Below the pieces are notes generated by a model. The model was not told where the DNA came from, ran no database searches, and worked only from the letters and a program-made list of their open reading frames with translations. A program made the translations under genes and the position numbers. A stretch of 34,656 nucleotides of DNA, taken from contig USIU01000001.1 of assembly GCA_900554745.1 (NCBI GenBank), positions 1-34,656 on the forward strand. Reading direction: 5' to 3'. This document shows positions 18,155 through 27,811 of this stretch, in pieces. Numbering within the stretch: position 1 is the stretch's first letter; each line of letters begins with the position of its first letter. Source of the stretch: an uncultured Leuconostoc sp. GTDB taxonomy: Bacteria; Bacillota; Bacilli; Lactobacillales; Lactobacillaceae.

Positions 18155-18242
18155 ATTCGCCTCAAAAATAATTGGACCGCACCAATGTTGGTGTTGCGCC
18201 AACCAAATTTGAAAAAATAATCAACCAATCAGATGCGTTATC

Positions 18243-18271
18243 TTGAATAAATTAGGCAAATCGGTTATACT
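18243..18271 (+). promoter_or_regulatory. xfp promoter
   Basis: TTGAAT(18243)-17-TATACT(18266). Confidence 0.75.
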
Positions 18272-18341
18272 GAAAGAGTAAATAACGGAGAAAGATTCGT
18301 GGTTTACGATTCTCTCAAAATAATAAGGAGTACTTAATCTC

Positions 18342-20795
18342 ATGGTAGATTTCGATTCAAAAGAGTACTTGGAACTCGTTGATAAGTGGTGGCGTGCAAC
18401 CAACTATTTGTCAGCAGGGATGATCTTCTTGAAGAGCAACCCATTGTTCTCAGTTACTAACACACCAATCCAAGCCGAAGACGTTAAAGTTAAGCCTATC
18501 GGTCACTGGGGAACAATTTCAGGTCAAACTTTCTTGTATGCACACGCAAACCGTTTGATCAACAAGTATGACGTGAACATGTTCTATATCGGTGGTCCTG
18601 GACACGGTGGCCAAGTTATGGTTACTAACGCGTACTTGGATGGCGAATATACTGAAGATTACCCAGAAATCACACAAGATTTGGCTGGTATGAGCCGCTT
18701 GTTCAAGCGTTTCTCATTCCCTGGCGGAATCGGATCACACATGACAGCGCAAACACCAGGTTCATTGCATGAAGGTGGTGAATTGGGTTACTCATTGTCA
18801 CACGCATTCGGTGCCGTTTTGGACAACCCAGACCAAATCGCTTTCGCCGTTGTTGGTGATGGTGAAGCTGAAACAGGTCCATCAATGACTTCATGGTTGT
18901 CATCAAAGTTCTTGAACGCTAAGAACGATGGTGCCGTATTGCCAATTTTGGATTTGAACGGTTTCAAGATTTCAAACCCAACAATCTTCTCACGTATGAG
19001 CCATGAAGAAATCACAAAGTTCTTTGAAGGTGTTGGTTACTCACCACGCTTCATCGAAAACGATGATATTCATGACTACGCTAAGTATCACGAAATCGCT
19101 GCTAAGGTCTTTGACCAAGCGATCGAAGACATCTTGGCTATCCAAAAGGATGCCCGTGAAAACGGTAAGTATGAAGATGGTACAATCCCTGCATGGCCTG
19201 TAATTATTGCACGTTTGCCAAAGGGTTGGGGTGGTCCACGTTACGACAAGAACGGTGACCCTATCGAAGATTCATTCCGTGCGCACCAAGTGCCATTGCC
19301 TTTGGATCAAAACAACCTTGATTCATTGCCAGAATTCGAAGAATGGATGAACTCATACAAGCCTGAAGAATTGTTCAATGCTGATGGTTCATTGAAGGAT
19401 GAAGTGAAGGCACTTGCACCTAAGGGTGACAAGCGTATGTCTGCTAACCCAATCACAAACGGTGGTCGTCGTCGTGGCGAAGCACCTAAGACTTTGGATT
19501 TGCCAGATTGGCGTCAATTCACAAACGACATTACTAACGAAAACCGTGGACATGAGTTGCCAAAGGTAACACAAAACATGGACATGACAACACTTTCATC
19601 ATACTTGGAAGAAGTTGCAAAGTTGAACCCAACATCATTCCGTGTCTTCGGTCCCGATGAAACAATGTCAAACCGTTTGTGGGATCTCTTCAACACAACA
19701 ACACGTCAATGGATGGAACCTACAAAGTTCCCTAACGATCAATATGTAGGACCTGAAGGTCGTATCATTGATTCACAATTGTCAGAACACCAAGCTGAAG
19801 GTTGGTTGGAAGCTTACACATTGACTGGTCGTGTTGGAATCTTCGCATCATACGAATCATTCCTACGTGTCGTGGATTCAATGGTAACACAACACTTCAA
19901 GTGGTTGCGTCACGCCTCAGAACAACCATGGCGTAATGATTACCCATCATTGAACTTGATTGCAACATCAACTGCCTTCCAACAAGATCACAACGGTTAC
20001 ACACACCAAGATCCAGGTATGTTGACACACTTGGCTGAAAAGAAGTCTAACTTCATCCGCGAATACTTGCCAGCCGATGGTAACTCATTGTTGGCCGTTC
20101 AAGCACGTGCCTTCACAGAACGTCAAAAGGTTAACTTGATCGTTGCCTCAAAGCAACCACGTCAACAATGGTTCACTGCTGACGAAGCTGATGAATTGGC
20201 TACAGAAGGTTTGAAGATCATCGATTGGGCATCTACTGCACCATCTGGTGATGTGGATATCACATTCGCATCAGCTGGTACAGAACCAACAATCGAAACT
20301 TTGGCTGCTTTGTGGTTGATTAACCAAGCCTTCCCAGAAGTAAAGTTCCGCTATGTCAACGTTGTTGAATTGCTTCGTTTGCAAAAGAAGTCAGAAGCTT
20401 ACTTGAACAGCGAACGCGAATTGTCTGATGAAGAATTTAACAAGTTCTTCCAAGCTGACAAGCCAGTTATCTTCGGATTCCACGGCTTCGAAGACTTGGT
20501 TGAATCATTCTTCTTCGAACGTAAGTTCCGTGGTGATGTATACGTTCACGGTTACCGTGAAGATGGTGACATCACAACAACATACGACATGCGTGTTTAC
20601 TCAAAGTTGGATCGTTTCCACCAAGCTAAGGAAGCTGCCGAAGTCTTGTCAGCTAACGGTAAGATTGATCAAGACGCTGCTGTTACATTCATTACTAAGA
20701 TGGAAGACATCTTGGAAAAACACTACGAAGTAACACGTAACGAAGGTCACGATATCGAAGAATTTACTAACTGGAACTGGGCACCTTTGAAGTAA
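18342..20795 (+). CDS. xfp: Phosphoketolase (xylulose-5-P/fructose-6-P)
   Basis: [35 protein letters not shown] and QQDHNG; extreme codon bias. Confidence 0.98.
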   Translation: MVDFDSKEYLELVDKWWRATNYLSAGMIFLKSNPLFSVTNTPIQAEDVKVKPIGHWGTISGQTFLYAHANRLINKYDVNMFYIGGPGHGGQVMVTNAYLDGEYTEDYPEITQDLAGMSRLFKRFSFPGGIGSHMTAQTPGSLHEGGELGYSLSHAFGAVLDNPDQIAFAVVGDGEAETGPSMTSWLSSKFLNAKNDGAVLPILDLNGFKISNPTIFSRMSHEEITKFFEGVGYSPRFIENDDIHDYAKYHEIAAKVFDQAIEDILAIQKDARENGKYEDGTIPAWPVIIARLPKGWGGPRYDKNGDPIEDSFRAHQVPLPLDQNNLDSLPEFEEWMNSYKPEELFNADGSLKDEVKALAPKGDKRMSANPITNGGRRRGEAPKTLDLPDWRQFTNDITNENRGHELPKVTQNMDMTTLSSYLEEVAKLNPTSFRVFGPDETMSNRLWDLFNTTTRQWMEPTKFPNDQYVGPEGRIIDSQLSEHQAEGWLEAYTLTGRVGIFASYESFLRVVDSMVTQHFKWLRHASEQPWRNDYPSLNLIATSTAFQQDHNGYTHQDPGMLTHLAEKKSNFIREYLPADGNSLLAVQARAFTERQKVNLIVASKQPRQQWFTADEADELATEGLKIIDWASTAPSGDVDITFASAGTEPTIETLAALWLINQAFPEVKFRYVNVVELLRLQKKSEAYLNSERELSDEEFNKFFQADKPVIFGFHGFEDLVESFFFERKFRGDVYVHGYREDGDITTTYDMRVYSKLDRFHQAKEAAEVLSANGKIDQDAAVTFITKMEDILEKHYEVTRNEGHDIEEFTNWNWAPLK

Positions 20796-20840
20796 TCTGC
20801 CATTTGGCTGATGACAAAAAGTGTACCAACCGTACAAATC

Positions 20841-20872
20841 AAGCGAATCAGATTATTCTGGTTCGCTTTTTT
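20841..20872 (+). terminator. Terminator after xfp
   Basis: AAGCGAATCAGA/TCTGGTTCGCTT stem plus T tract. Confidence 0.88.
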
Positions 20873-20925
20873 GTATACTTATCGGTAAAATAAAGATAAC
20901 GTATTGAGATAAGGAGTCAGGTAGC

Positions 20926-21744
20926 ATGCTATTAAAAAAAGACGGACATACCCACACACCATTTTCACATCAAAATTCTGATGAACCGTTTGACGCTTAT
21001 ATTGAACGGGCGATTGCGTTAGGGTTTGATGCTTATACGATTACGGAACATGCCCCGCTCTTGCAAGAGTTGAAATTACCGAGTGATTATCCGGTGGTTA
21101 AGCAAGCCGATATCGACCAGATGAAGGCGGAGACAGCACGGCTAATCGCCAAATATGGTGATCAAATTCAAATCAAACGCGGTTTTGAAGTAGATTATGT
21201 GGTTGGTCAAGAACAGCAAATGCGAACATTTCTCCGGGACAATCGCGACTGGTTTGATGAAATTATCTTAGCGGTGCATTTATTACCCGACGATACGGGA
21301 AATATCATCCCAATTGATTATTCAGCAGAACTGTTGACGACACAATTTGCGACTTTATTGCAGGATCCGCAAGCCTTTTACCGTCGCTATTTTGAAACGG
21401 TTGCCCAGAGTGTCGAAGCGATTTTAGGGGTTGATGTCCCCGTAGCGATTGGGCATCTTGGGTTAGTGAAAAAATTCCAAAAAGTGTTGGATCTACCGGA
21501 CTATTCTGACGATATCTATCGCATGATTGGGGATATTTTCCAAATGATGCAAGTACGTGGCTATGCGTTAGAATTTAATGCGGCCGGTTTGAGTGAAGTC
21601 GAAAATGGTGCGACTTATCCGGCATTTGATGTGGTGACAGCAGCACATGATATGGGCATTGACGTGGTTTATGGCTCAGATGCCCACCAAGTGAGTGATG
21701 TTGGTCGTCACTTTGCCGATTTGGCAGCGGTCTTGCCATCATGA
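20926..21744 (+). CDS. PHP-family phosphatase (HisJ/histidinol-phosphatase-like)
   Basis: DGHTHT, TEHAP, EVDY, GHLGL and GSDAH. Confidence 0.88.
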   Translation: MLLKKDGHTHTPFSHQNSDEPFDAYIERAIALGFDAYTITEHAPLLQELKLPSDYPVVKQADIDQMKAETARLIAKYGDQIQIKRGFEVDYVVGQEQQMRTFLRDNRDWFDEIILAVHLLPDDTGNIIPIDYSAELLTTQFATLLQDPQAFYRRYFETVAQSVEAILGVDVPVAIGHLGLVKKFQKVLDLPDYSDDIYRMIGDIFQMMQVRGYALEFNAAGLSEVENGATYPAFDVVTAAHDMGIDVVYGSDAHQVSDVGRHFADLAAVLPS

Positions 21745-22406
21745 TGACAAAACGATATCGTGCCATTTTCTTTGATTTTGATGGTACACTGGCCAATACG
21801 GAAAAGTTAGCTGTTTATGCCACGCAAGCCGCTTTTGCACAAATGGGTTTGCCGGTACCAACTGCAGCAGCCATTACGCAATATCAAGGGATACCGATTG
21901 AAACCTCATTTCCATTATTAACACAGCATCCCATCGATCAGACGATGCTACAACAGTTATTTATCGCTTTCCGATCGGCTTATCAAGCCGGAGAATCTGC
22001 GGAAACCATCCAAGCCTTTTCCGGTATCCCAGAATTGTTAGCGCAATTGGTGGCGGCTGACCAACAACTGTTTTTGATGACGAGTAAAAAATCGGCTGTG
22101 GCGCAACGAAATTTGGCTATTTTATCTTTGGAGCAGTTTTTTACGGCGATTTATGGGTCCGATAGTGTCGTGGCTTATAAACCAGCACCGGGTGGGTTAC
22201 AGCAAGCGCTAGCGGAATATCAGTTAACGGCTGAGCAAGCTGTGATGGTAGGGGATGCGACTTTTGATATTGATGCCGGCAATGCAGCGGGTATGACAAC
22301 CGTTGCTGTGACATGGGGTGCGCATACACCAGCGCAACTGGTGCAATCCAAGCCGGACTATCTTGTTACTACCCGTGAAGCATTAGCAGAGGTACTAAAC
22401 ACATGA
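21741..22406 (+). CDS. HAD-IA hydrolase (phosphoglycolate phosphatase/PpaX-like)
   Basis: FDFDGTL, TSK, KPAP and MVGDATFDI; ATGA overlap with the upstream gene. Confidence 0.9.
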   Translation: MMTKRYRAIFFDFDGTLANTEKLAVYATQAAFAQMGLPVPTAAAITQYQGIPIETSFPLLTQHPIDQTMLQQLFIAFRSAYQAGESAETIQAFSGIPELLAQLVAADQQLFLMTSKKSAVAQRNLAILSLEQFFTAIYGSDSVVAYKPAPGGLQQALAEYQLTAEQAVMVGDATFDIDAGNAAGMTTVAVTWGAHTPAQLVQSKPDYLVTTREALAEVLNT

Positions 22407-22921
22407 GTGATCATCGCGCAGATAAATTAGGCGAACGTTGGGATGTTTACAATGCGCAAAAAGAACGTACGGGCCGGAGTCATTTACGTGGGCAACAATT
22501 ACAACCTGGGGATTACCATTTGGTGACTAATGGGTTGATCTTTAACGCAAAAGGTGACGTTTTATTACAACAGCGTGCTTTTGATAAGTTGAGTCATCCT
22601 GGAATATGGACCGCTGATACGGGTGGGTCCGTTCTGTTTGGTGAGACAAGTCAGCAGGCGTTAGTGCGGGAATTATTTGAGGAACTTGGCGTGGTCGTTT
22701 CAGCTGATGAGTTAGTATTTATTGAGACGTTGCGCTATACTGACTGGATTGAAGATTGGTATGCCATCAGATTACCGGATCAGCCGGTGACCTTTCAATT
22801 ACAAACCGCTGAAGTGGTGGCGGTTCGTTGGGTGAGTTTCGCTGAAGCGCTGGCTAATAACACTGCAAATGGCTTTGATGATAACGACTTATTACACACA
22901 GCGAAAGCACGCTTGTTCTAA
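22403..22921 (+). CDS. Nudix hydrolase
   Basis: Nudix box GGSVLFGETSQQALVRELFEELGV; ATGA overlap with the upstream gene. Confidence 0.9.
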   Translation: MSDHRADKLGERWDVYNAQKERTGRSHLRGQQLQPGDYHLVTNGLIFNAKGDVLLQQRAFDKLSHPGIWTADTGGSVLFGETSQQALVRELFEELGVVVSADELVFIETLRYTDWIEDWYAIRLPDQPVTFQLQTAEVVAVRWVSFAEALANNTANGFDDNDLLHTAKARLF

Positions 22922-23011
22922 TTGTCGTTTGGCATGAAAAAAAGTAGAGATATGGTTTTTTGACGCCATATTTCTTTTATTTTGTCACCACAAGAAAGTA
23001 GGGAGTGCCGG

Positions 23012-24244
23012 ATGGCTGATTTTTTTAAACTTGATCGTAATATTCAGTTACGCATTGTGATGCTGTTTATTACCGTCGCGATTGGTTCTTCGGTCGGACC
23101 TAATATGACCATTTATTATGTGGCGTATTTTGGGGCATTTTTAACCGGGATATTATTAGTGCTTGTCCAGGTTGCTGGTTTTTTGGCTGGCCTATATGGC
23201 GGTCATTTGGCAGATTTGTGGGGACGTAAACGGGTCATGAGTGTTGGCATTGGCCTGATGACATTAGGTTATTTATTGGCTGCCGTGATGAATTCGCCGT
23301 TCTATATCAACCCGTACATCACGTTTTTTGGCTTTTTGCTTGCCAGTGTGGGATTGAGTTTTGCCTCACCCGCTGAAGAGGCGATGATGATTGATGTGTC
23401 GACGGTGAAAAATCGTAAATTTATTTATGCGATGATTTATTGGGTGATTAACTTAGCTGTGATGATTGGGGCTGGCCTGGGCGGTTGGTTTTTTAAAACG
23501 GCACGGTTCCAGTTGCTGATTGGTACTGCAATTGGGGCGTTGCTGAGTTTGGTCATTGTGGTCGTTTGGATTACCGAAACCCTCCCCAAGGACAAGCGGC
23601 CCACGCATGGCCAATCGGTCTGGGCGGCGGTGAAAAGTTATCAGACAGTGTTTGCGGATCATCGTTATATGAAATTCATGGTCGCCAGCATCGGGGCAAC
23701 CATTATTTTCACATCACCGGATTACTATTTAGCGGCCCATTTGTCTCAAACTTTTCATACCATTGATATTGCTGGCGTGCAAATTTTTGGTCAACGTATG
23801 TTGTCTATTGTTACCATGGTCAATACGTTTATGATTGTCTTGATGATGGGCATGATGACCAAGTTATTTAAGCATTGGTCAGAAATGAAAGCCAGTGCGG
23901 TCGGCACCGCTTTGCAGGGCGGTGGCTTTGCCATTATGTTCTTATTAACGGATTTTTGGCCACTTTTGATTTTTACCATTATTTTGACCATTGGTGAAAT
24001 GATTGTCACGCCAGCAAGTCAGTCCTTGCGAGCTGAAATGATGAATCCGAAAAAAATTGGCGCTTATAGTGGCTTTAGTGCAGCGATTCGCCCGATTGGT
24101 GCTATTTTAGCGTCTGGGATTGTGAGTGCCTCGGTTTTTGTCGGTAACGTTGGCGCCGCATGTTTGTTGCTCACGGCTACTGGGATCAGTATTTTGTTTA
24201 CGTATTTGGCTGTGCAGATGTTACGGGAACAGCGGACGCGTTGA
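23012..24244 (+). CDS. MFS multidrug efflux transporter, LmrP-like
   Basis: Motif A GHLADLWGRK; N-terminus LDRNIQLR...MTIYY resembles Lactococcus LmrP (from memory). SD GGGAG before ATG 23012. Confidence 0.88.
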   Translation: MADFFKLDRNIQLRIVMLFITVAIGSSVGPNMTIYYVAYFGAFLTGILLVLVQVAGFLAGLYGGHLADLWGRKRVMSVGIGLMTLGYLLAAVMNSPFYINPYITFFGFLLASVGLSFASPAEEAMMIDVSTVKNRKFIYAMIYWVINLAVMIGAGLGGWFFKTARFQLLIGTAIGALLSLVIVVVWITETLPKDKRPTHGQSVWAAVKSYQTVFADHRYMKFMVASIGATIIFTSPDYYLAAHLSQTFHTIDIAGVQIFGQRMLSIVTMVNTFMIVLMMGMMTKLFKHWSEMKASAVGTALQGGGFAIMFLLTDFWPLLIFTIILTIGEMIVTPASQSLRAEMMNPKKIGAYSGFSAAIRPIGAILASGIVSASVFVGNVGAACLLLTATGISILFTYLAVQMLREQRTR

Positions 24245-24396
24245 AGTGTTTTGTCGCTATACCCTTTATTATTTTGTTATAATGTCATTAAGCATGATAA
24301 GCGGTTGTGTGCATGATGCGCGATGCGTCTAGCTAATTTTAAATGAAGGGAAGCGACAACCAGCACAACACAGTTGTTGGATAGACAAACAAACAG

Positions 24397-25215
24397 ATGT
24401 CAGAAATTAAAATTGTAGCCATTGATATTGATGGGACGCTCATCAATGATCGGCATGAAATCACACCAGCAGTCAAGCAGGCCGTACAGGCGGCTTTGGC
24501 ACAAGGCGTGAAGATTGTGATTACCACTGGTCGACCATTACCAGGTGTCCAAAAGATTCTGTCTGAATTAAACATTACGGGATCTGATCAGTACGTGATT
24601 ACGTATAATGGTGGGCTGATACAAACGGCCGATGGTCAAAAAACGTTGTTCCGGCAACCGTTAGCGGTTGCTGAATTTCAAAAAATTAATGCTTTTATGA
24701 CGGCGCAACAAGTGTACGTGCAAGTTGAGTCCCATGACGCGGCGTATACGACAAATCATTGTATTCACCCATGGGCAAGTTTTGAAAATAGCTTGGTGAA
24801 CCTGCCATTATTTGTGTTAGATTCAGAAGCTGAGTTGGAAAAAATTGCCTTTATTAAGGCCATTGCGAATGCAGAAAGTGATGAACTGGATGCTGTGCAA
24901 GCCGCTGTCCCAAAGACAATCAGTGAACACGTCAATGTGATTCGCTCAACGGCCAATAATTTGGAATTTATTGACCGTCAAGCTTCCAAGGGGAATGCCT
25001 TGTTAGCCCTCGCTGATGAAATCGGGGTACCCCATGATGCCACGATGGCGATTGGTGATCAGGCGAATGATTATTCGATGATTGAGCAGGCTGGAATTGG
25101 GGTTGCGATGGGCAACGCCATTCCAGATTTGAAGGCAATCGCCGATTACGAAACAGCAAGTAATAATGAATCTGGCGTGGCACGCGCCATTGAAAAATTT
25201 GTGCTTAAATCATAA
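24397..25215 (+). CDS. Cof-type HAD-IIB hydrolase
   Basis: DIDGTL, TTGR, YNGG, SKG, GDQAND and AMGNA. Confidence 0.93.
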   Translation: MSEIKIVAIDIDGTLINDRHEITPAVKQAVQAALAQGVKIVITTGRPLPGVQKILSELNITGSDQYVITYNGGLIQTADGQKTLFRQPLAVAEFQKINAFMTAQQVYVQVESHDAAYTTNHCIHPWASFENSLVNLPLFVLDSEAELEKIAFIKAIANAESDELDAVQAAVPKTISEHVNVIRSTANNLEFIDRQASKGNALLALADEIGVPHDATMAIGDQANDYSMIEQAGIGVAMGNAIPDLKAIADYETASNNESGVARAIEKFVLKS

Positions 25216-25251
25216 TGATAGTTCGGTTATAGTAGATGCGGAGGTCGCAAA

Positions 25252-25749
25252 ATGGACGTTTTATTAGAAGGTGAAGTTACAGCGCTTGTTGGGGAACCTT
25301 TAAAGGTTGGCGAAACATTGCCACACTTTAAGTTAGAAGATCAAAATGGTGAAAAAGTTAAGACAGCTGATTTGGTCGGCCAATTGATGTTGATTTCAGT
25401 TGTGCCTGACTTGAACACTGGCACATGCACATTGCAAACACGTCACTTTAATCAAACAGTGGATCAATTTGAAGGAATCCAATTCTTAACGGTGTCAACG
25501 AACACTGTTGCGGAACAACGTGACTGGTGCGCGGCTGAAGGGGTTAAAAACCTACGGATGTTGTCTGATGAACAAGAATCATTTGGCTACGCCACAAAGC
25601 TTTATATTCCGTCACAAGGCTTTGATGCCCGTGCCGTTTACATTGTTGATCCAGAAGGTGTTGTCCGTTACGCACAAATCGTACCAGAAGTATCTGAAGA
25701 GCCAGATTACGATGATGCTTTGCGCGCTTTACGCGAATTGCAAGGCTAA
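25252..25749 (+). CDS. tpx: Thiol peroxidase (atypical 2-Cys peroxiredoxin)
   Basis: VPDLNTGTC, WCAAEG, ARAVY and EPDYD. Confidence 0.92.
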   Translation: MDVLLEGEVTALVGEPLKVGETLPHFKLEDQNGEKVKTADLVGQLMLISVVPDLNTGTCTLQTRHFNQTVDQFEGIQFLTVSTNTVAEQRDWCAAEGVKNLRMLSDEQESFGYATKLYIPSQGFDARAVYIVDPEGVVRYAQIVPEVSEEPDYDDALRALRELQG

Positions 25750-25759
25750 AATAGGCCAC

Positions 25760-25792
25760 AAAACAGACTGCGTTAGCGTCGTCTGTTTTTTT
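25760..25792 (+). terminator. Terminator after tpx
   Basis: AAAACAGAC/GTCTGTTTT stem plus T tract. Confidence 0.8.
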
Positions 25793-25892
25793 ATAATCTG
25801 CTAAAAGGCGACGAACGTCAGTGGCGTTTGGCCCTTTTTTTTGTTAAAATAAACAGGGACATTAAATTCACATAAAATATTTGGAGCCAAAC

Positions 25893-26873
25893 ATGCCAGA
25901 ACCTAAATTGAAACTTTTTTCTTTAAGTTCAAATGAGCCACTTGCGGAAAAGATTGCTGAATCCGTAGGTGTCCCTTTGAGTGAAATATCTGTTAAGCGC
26001 TTTGCCGATGGTGAAGTCCAGATTAACATTGAGGAAAGCATTCGTGGGGATAACGTTTTTGTTATCCAATCAACCGCTGCCCCAGTCAACGATAACTTGA
26101 TGGAATTATTGATTATGATTGATGCGTTACGTCGTGCATCAGCTAACCAAATCAATGTCGTTTTGCCTTACTATGGCTACGCACGTCAGGATCGTAAGGC
26201 ACGGTCACGTGAACCAATCACGGCCAAGCTTGTTGCCAACATGTTGGAACGGGCTGGCGCAACGCGGGTATTGGCGCTTGATTTACATGCAGCACAAATT
26301 CAAGGTTTCTTCGATATTCCAATGGATCATTTGCAAGGCGCACCGTTGTTAGCTGATTATTTGATCGAATCTGGTATTGCCGACAAAAAAAATGCGGTGG
26401 TCGTGTCACCAGATCACGGGGGTATGACCCGTGCGCGTAACTTGAACAATATGTTGGAGTTAGAAGCACCGGTAGCTGTGATTGATAAGCGTCGTCCAAA
26501 GCCAAATGTGGCCGAAATCGGTAGCATTGTGGGAGACGTCAAAGGTAAGACAGCCATCATGATTGATGACATGATTGATACAGCTGGCACGATTACCCAA
26601 GGTGCTGAGTTGATTATGGAACACGGCGCCAAAGAAGTGTATGTTGTCGCATCACACGCTGTGTTCTCAGGACCAGCGGTTGAACGGCTACAGAATTCTG
26701 TTTTCACAAAGGTGATTGTCACAGATTCAATCAACTTACCGGAAGATAAAAAGTTTGATAAATTAGAAATTGTGTCAGTTGGTGAATTGATTGGTGAAGC
26801 CATTCGCCGCATCAACAACAATGAAGCCATTTCATCACTATTTAAAAATCGTTTTCATCGCCGATCACATTAA
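25893..26873 (+). CDS. prs: Ribose-phosphate pyrophosphokinase
   Basis: [24 protein letters not shown] and [15 protein letters not shown] before ATG 25893. Confidence 0.97.
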   Translation: MPEPKLKLFSLSSNEPLAEKIAESVGVPLSEISVKRFADGEVQINIEESIRGDNVFVIQSTAAPVNDNLMELLIMIDALRRASANQINVVLPYYGYARQDRKARSREPITAKLVANMLERAGATRVLALDLHAAQIQGFFDIPMDHLQGAPLLADYLIESGIADKKNAVVVSPDHGGMTRARNLNNMLELEAPVAVIDKRRPKPNVAEIGSIVGDVKGKTAIMIDDMIDTAGTITQGAELIMEHGAKEVYVVASHAVFSGPAVERLQNSVFTKVIVTDSINLPEDKKFDKLEIVSVGELIGEAIRRINNNEAISSLFKNRFHRRSH

Positions 26874-26897
26874 GTAACGGCTTGATGCTAGGCGATA

Positions 26898-26930
26898 CAC
26901 AAAAAAGTCGATGATTCGGCTTTTTTTGTG
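26898..26930 (+). terminator. Terminator after prs
   Basis: AAAAAAGTCGA-TGAT-TCGGCTTTTTT. Confidence 0.8.
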
Positions 26931-27007
26931 CAATATATTACAAAATGGCATAAAAATGATATACTTAAAGATAAATAAACTAGCAAAGACGCGTGAGGAG
27001 CATATCC

Positions 27008-27715
27008 ATGAGTAAAATTTTGGTTGTGGATGATGAGAAGCCAATCTCAGATATCATAAAATTTAATTTAACAAAAGAAGGCTATGATGTTGTCACAGCA
27101 GCGGATGGTCAAGAAGCCTTAACCATGTTTAGTGACGAGAAGCCAGATCTTGTTTTGTTAGATCAAATGCTACCTGAAATTGACGGGGTTGAGGTCTTGC
27201 GTCAAATTCGCTCAAAGTCAGAGATTCCGGTTATCATGGTGACGGCCAAAGATTCTGAAATTGATAAAGTTTTGGGCTTGGAAATGGGTGCCGACGATTA
27301 TGTGACGAAGCCTTTTTCTAACCGAGAATTAGTGGCACGTGTCAAAGCTAATTTGCGTAGTCGGAAAGCGGTGGCGCAACATTCAGATGATGCCGTCGTG
27401 AATACGGAAGATATTGAACTCGGTGATTTAACCATTCATCCCCAAGCCTATATGGTCTCAAAGGCGGGGCAGGATATTGAATTGACGCACCGTGAATTTG
27501 AATTGCTGTACTACCTCGCCCAACACATTGGGCAAGTCATGACCCGTGAGCATTTATTGCAACAGGTTTGGGGTTACGACTATTTTGGTGATGTCCGCAC
27601 AGTTGATGTTACTGTCCGTCGCTTACGCGAAAAGATTGAAGACAACCCAAGTCACCCAAACTGGCTCGCAACCCGTCGCGGAGTCGGTTATTACTTACGC
27701 CCAGAGGCAGAATAA
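27008..27715 (+). CDS. walR: Response regulator WalR (YycF/VicR)
   Basis: [41 protein letters not shown] and RRGVGY. Confidence 0.97.
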   Translation: MSKILVVDDEKPISDIIKFNLTKEGYDVVTAADGQEALTMFSDEKPDLVLLDQMLPEIDGVEVLRQIRSKSEIPVIMVTAKDSEIDKVLGLEMGADDYVTKPFSNRELVARVKANLRSRKAVAQHSDDAVVNTEDIELGDLTIHPQAYMVSKAGQDIELTHREFELLYYLAQHIGQVMTREHLLQQVWGYDYFGDVRTVDVTVRRLREKIEDNPSHPNWLATRRGVGYYLRPEAE

Positions 27716-27811
27716 GTCGCAGCGCTTCATACCTTGCAGGTTGAAATAGGCGACGATGCTGCCATTTTGGTATGGATATCGCAAGGAGACAGACGCAAGA
27801 CGTCAGTAACT

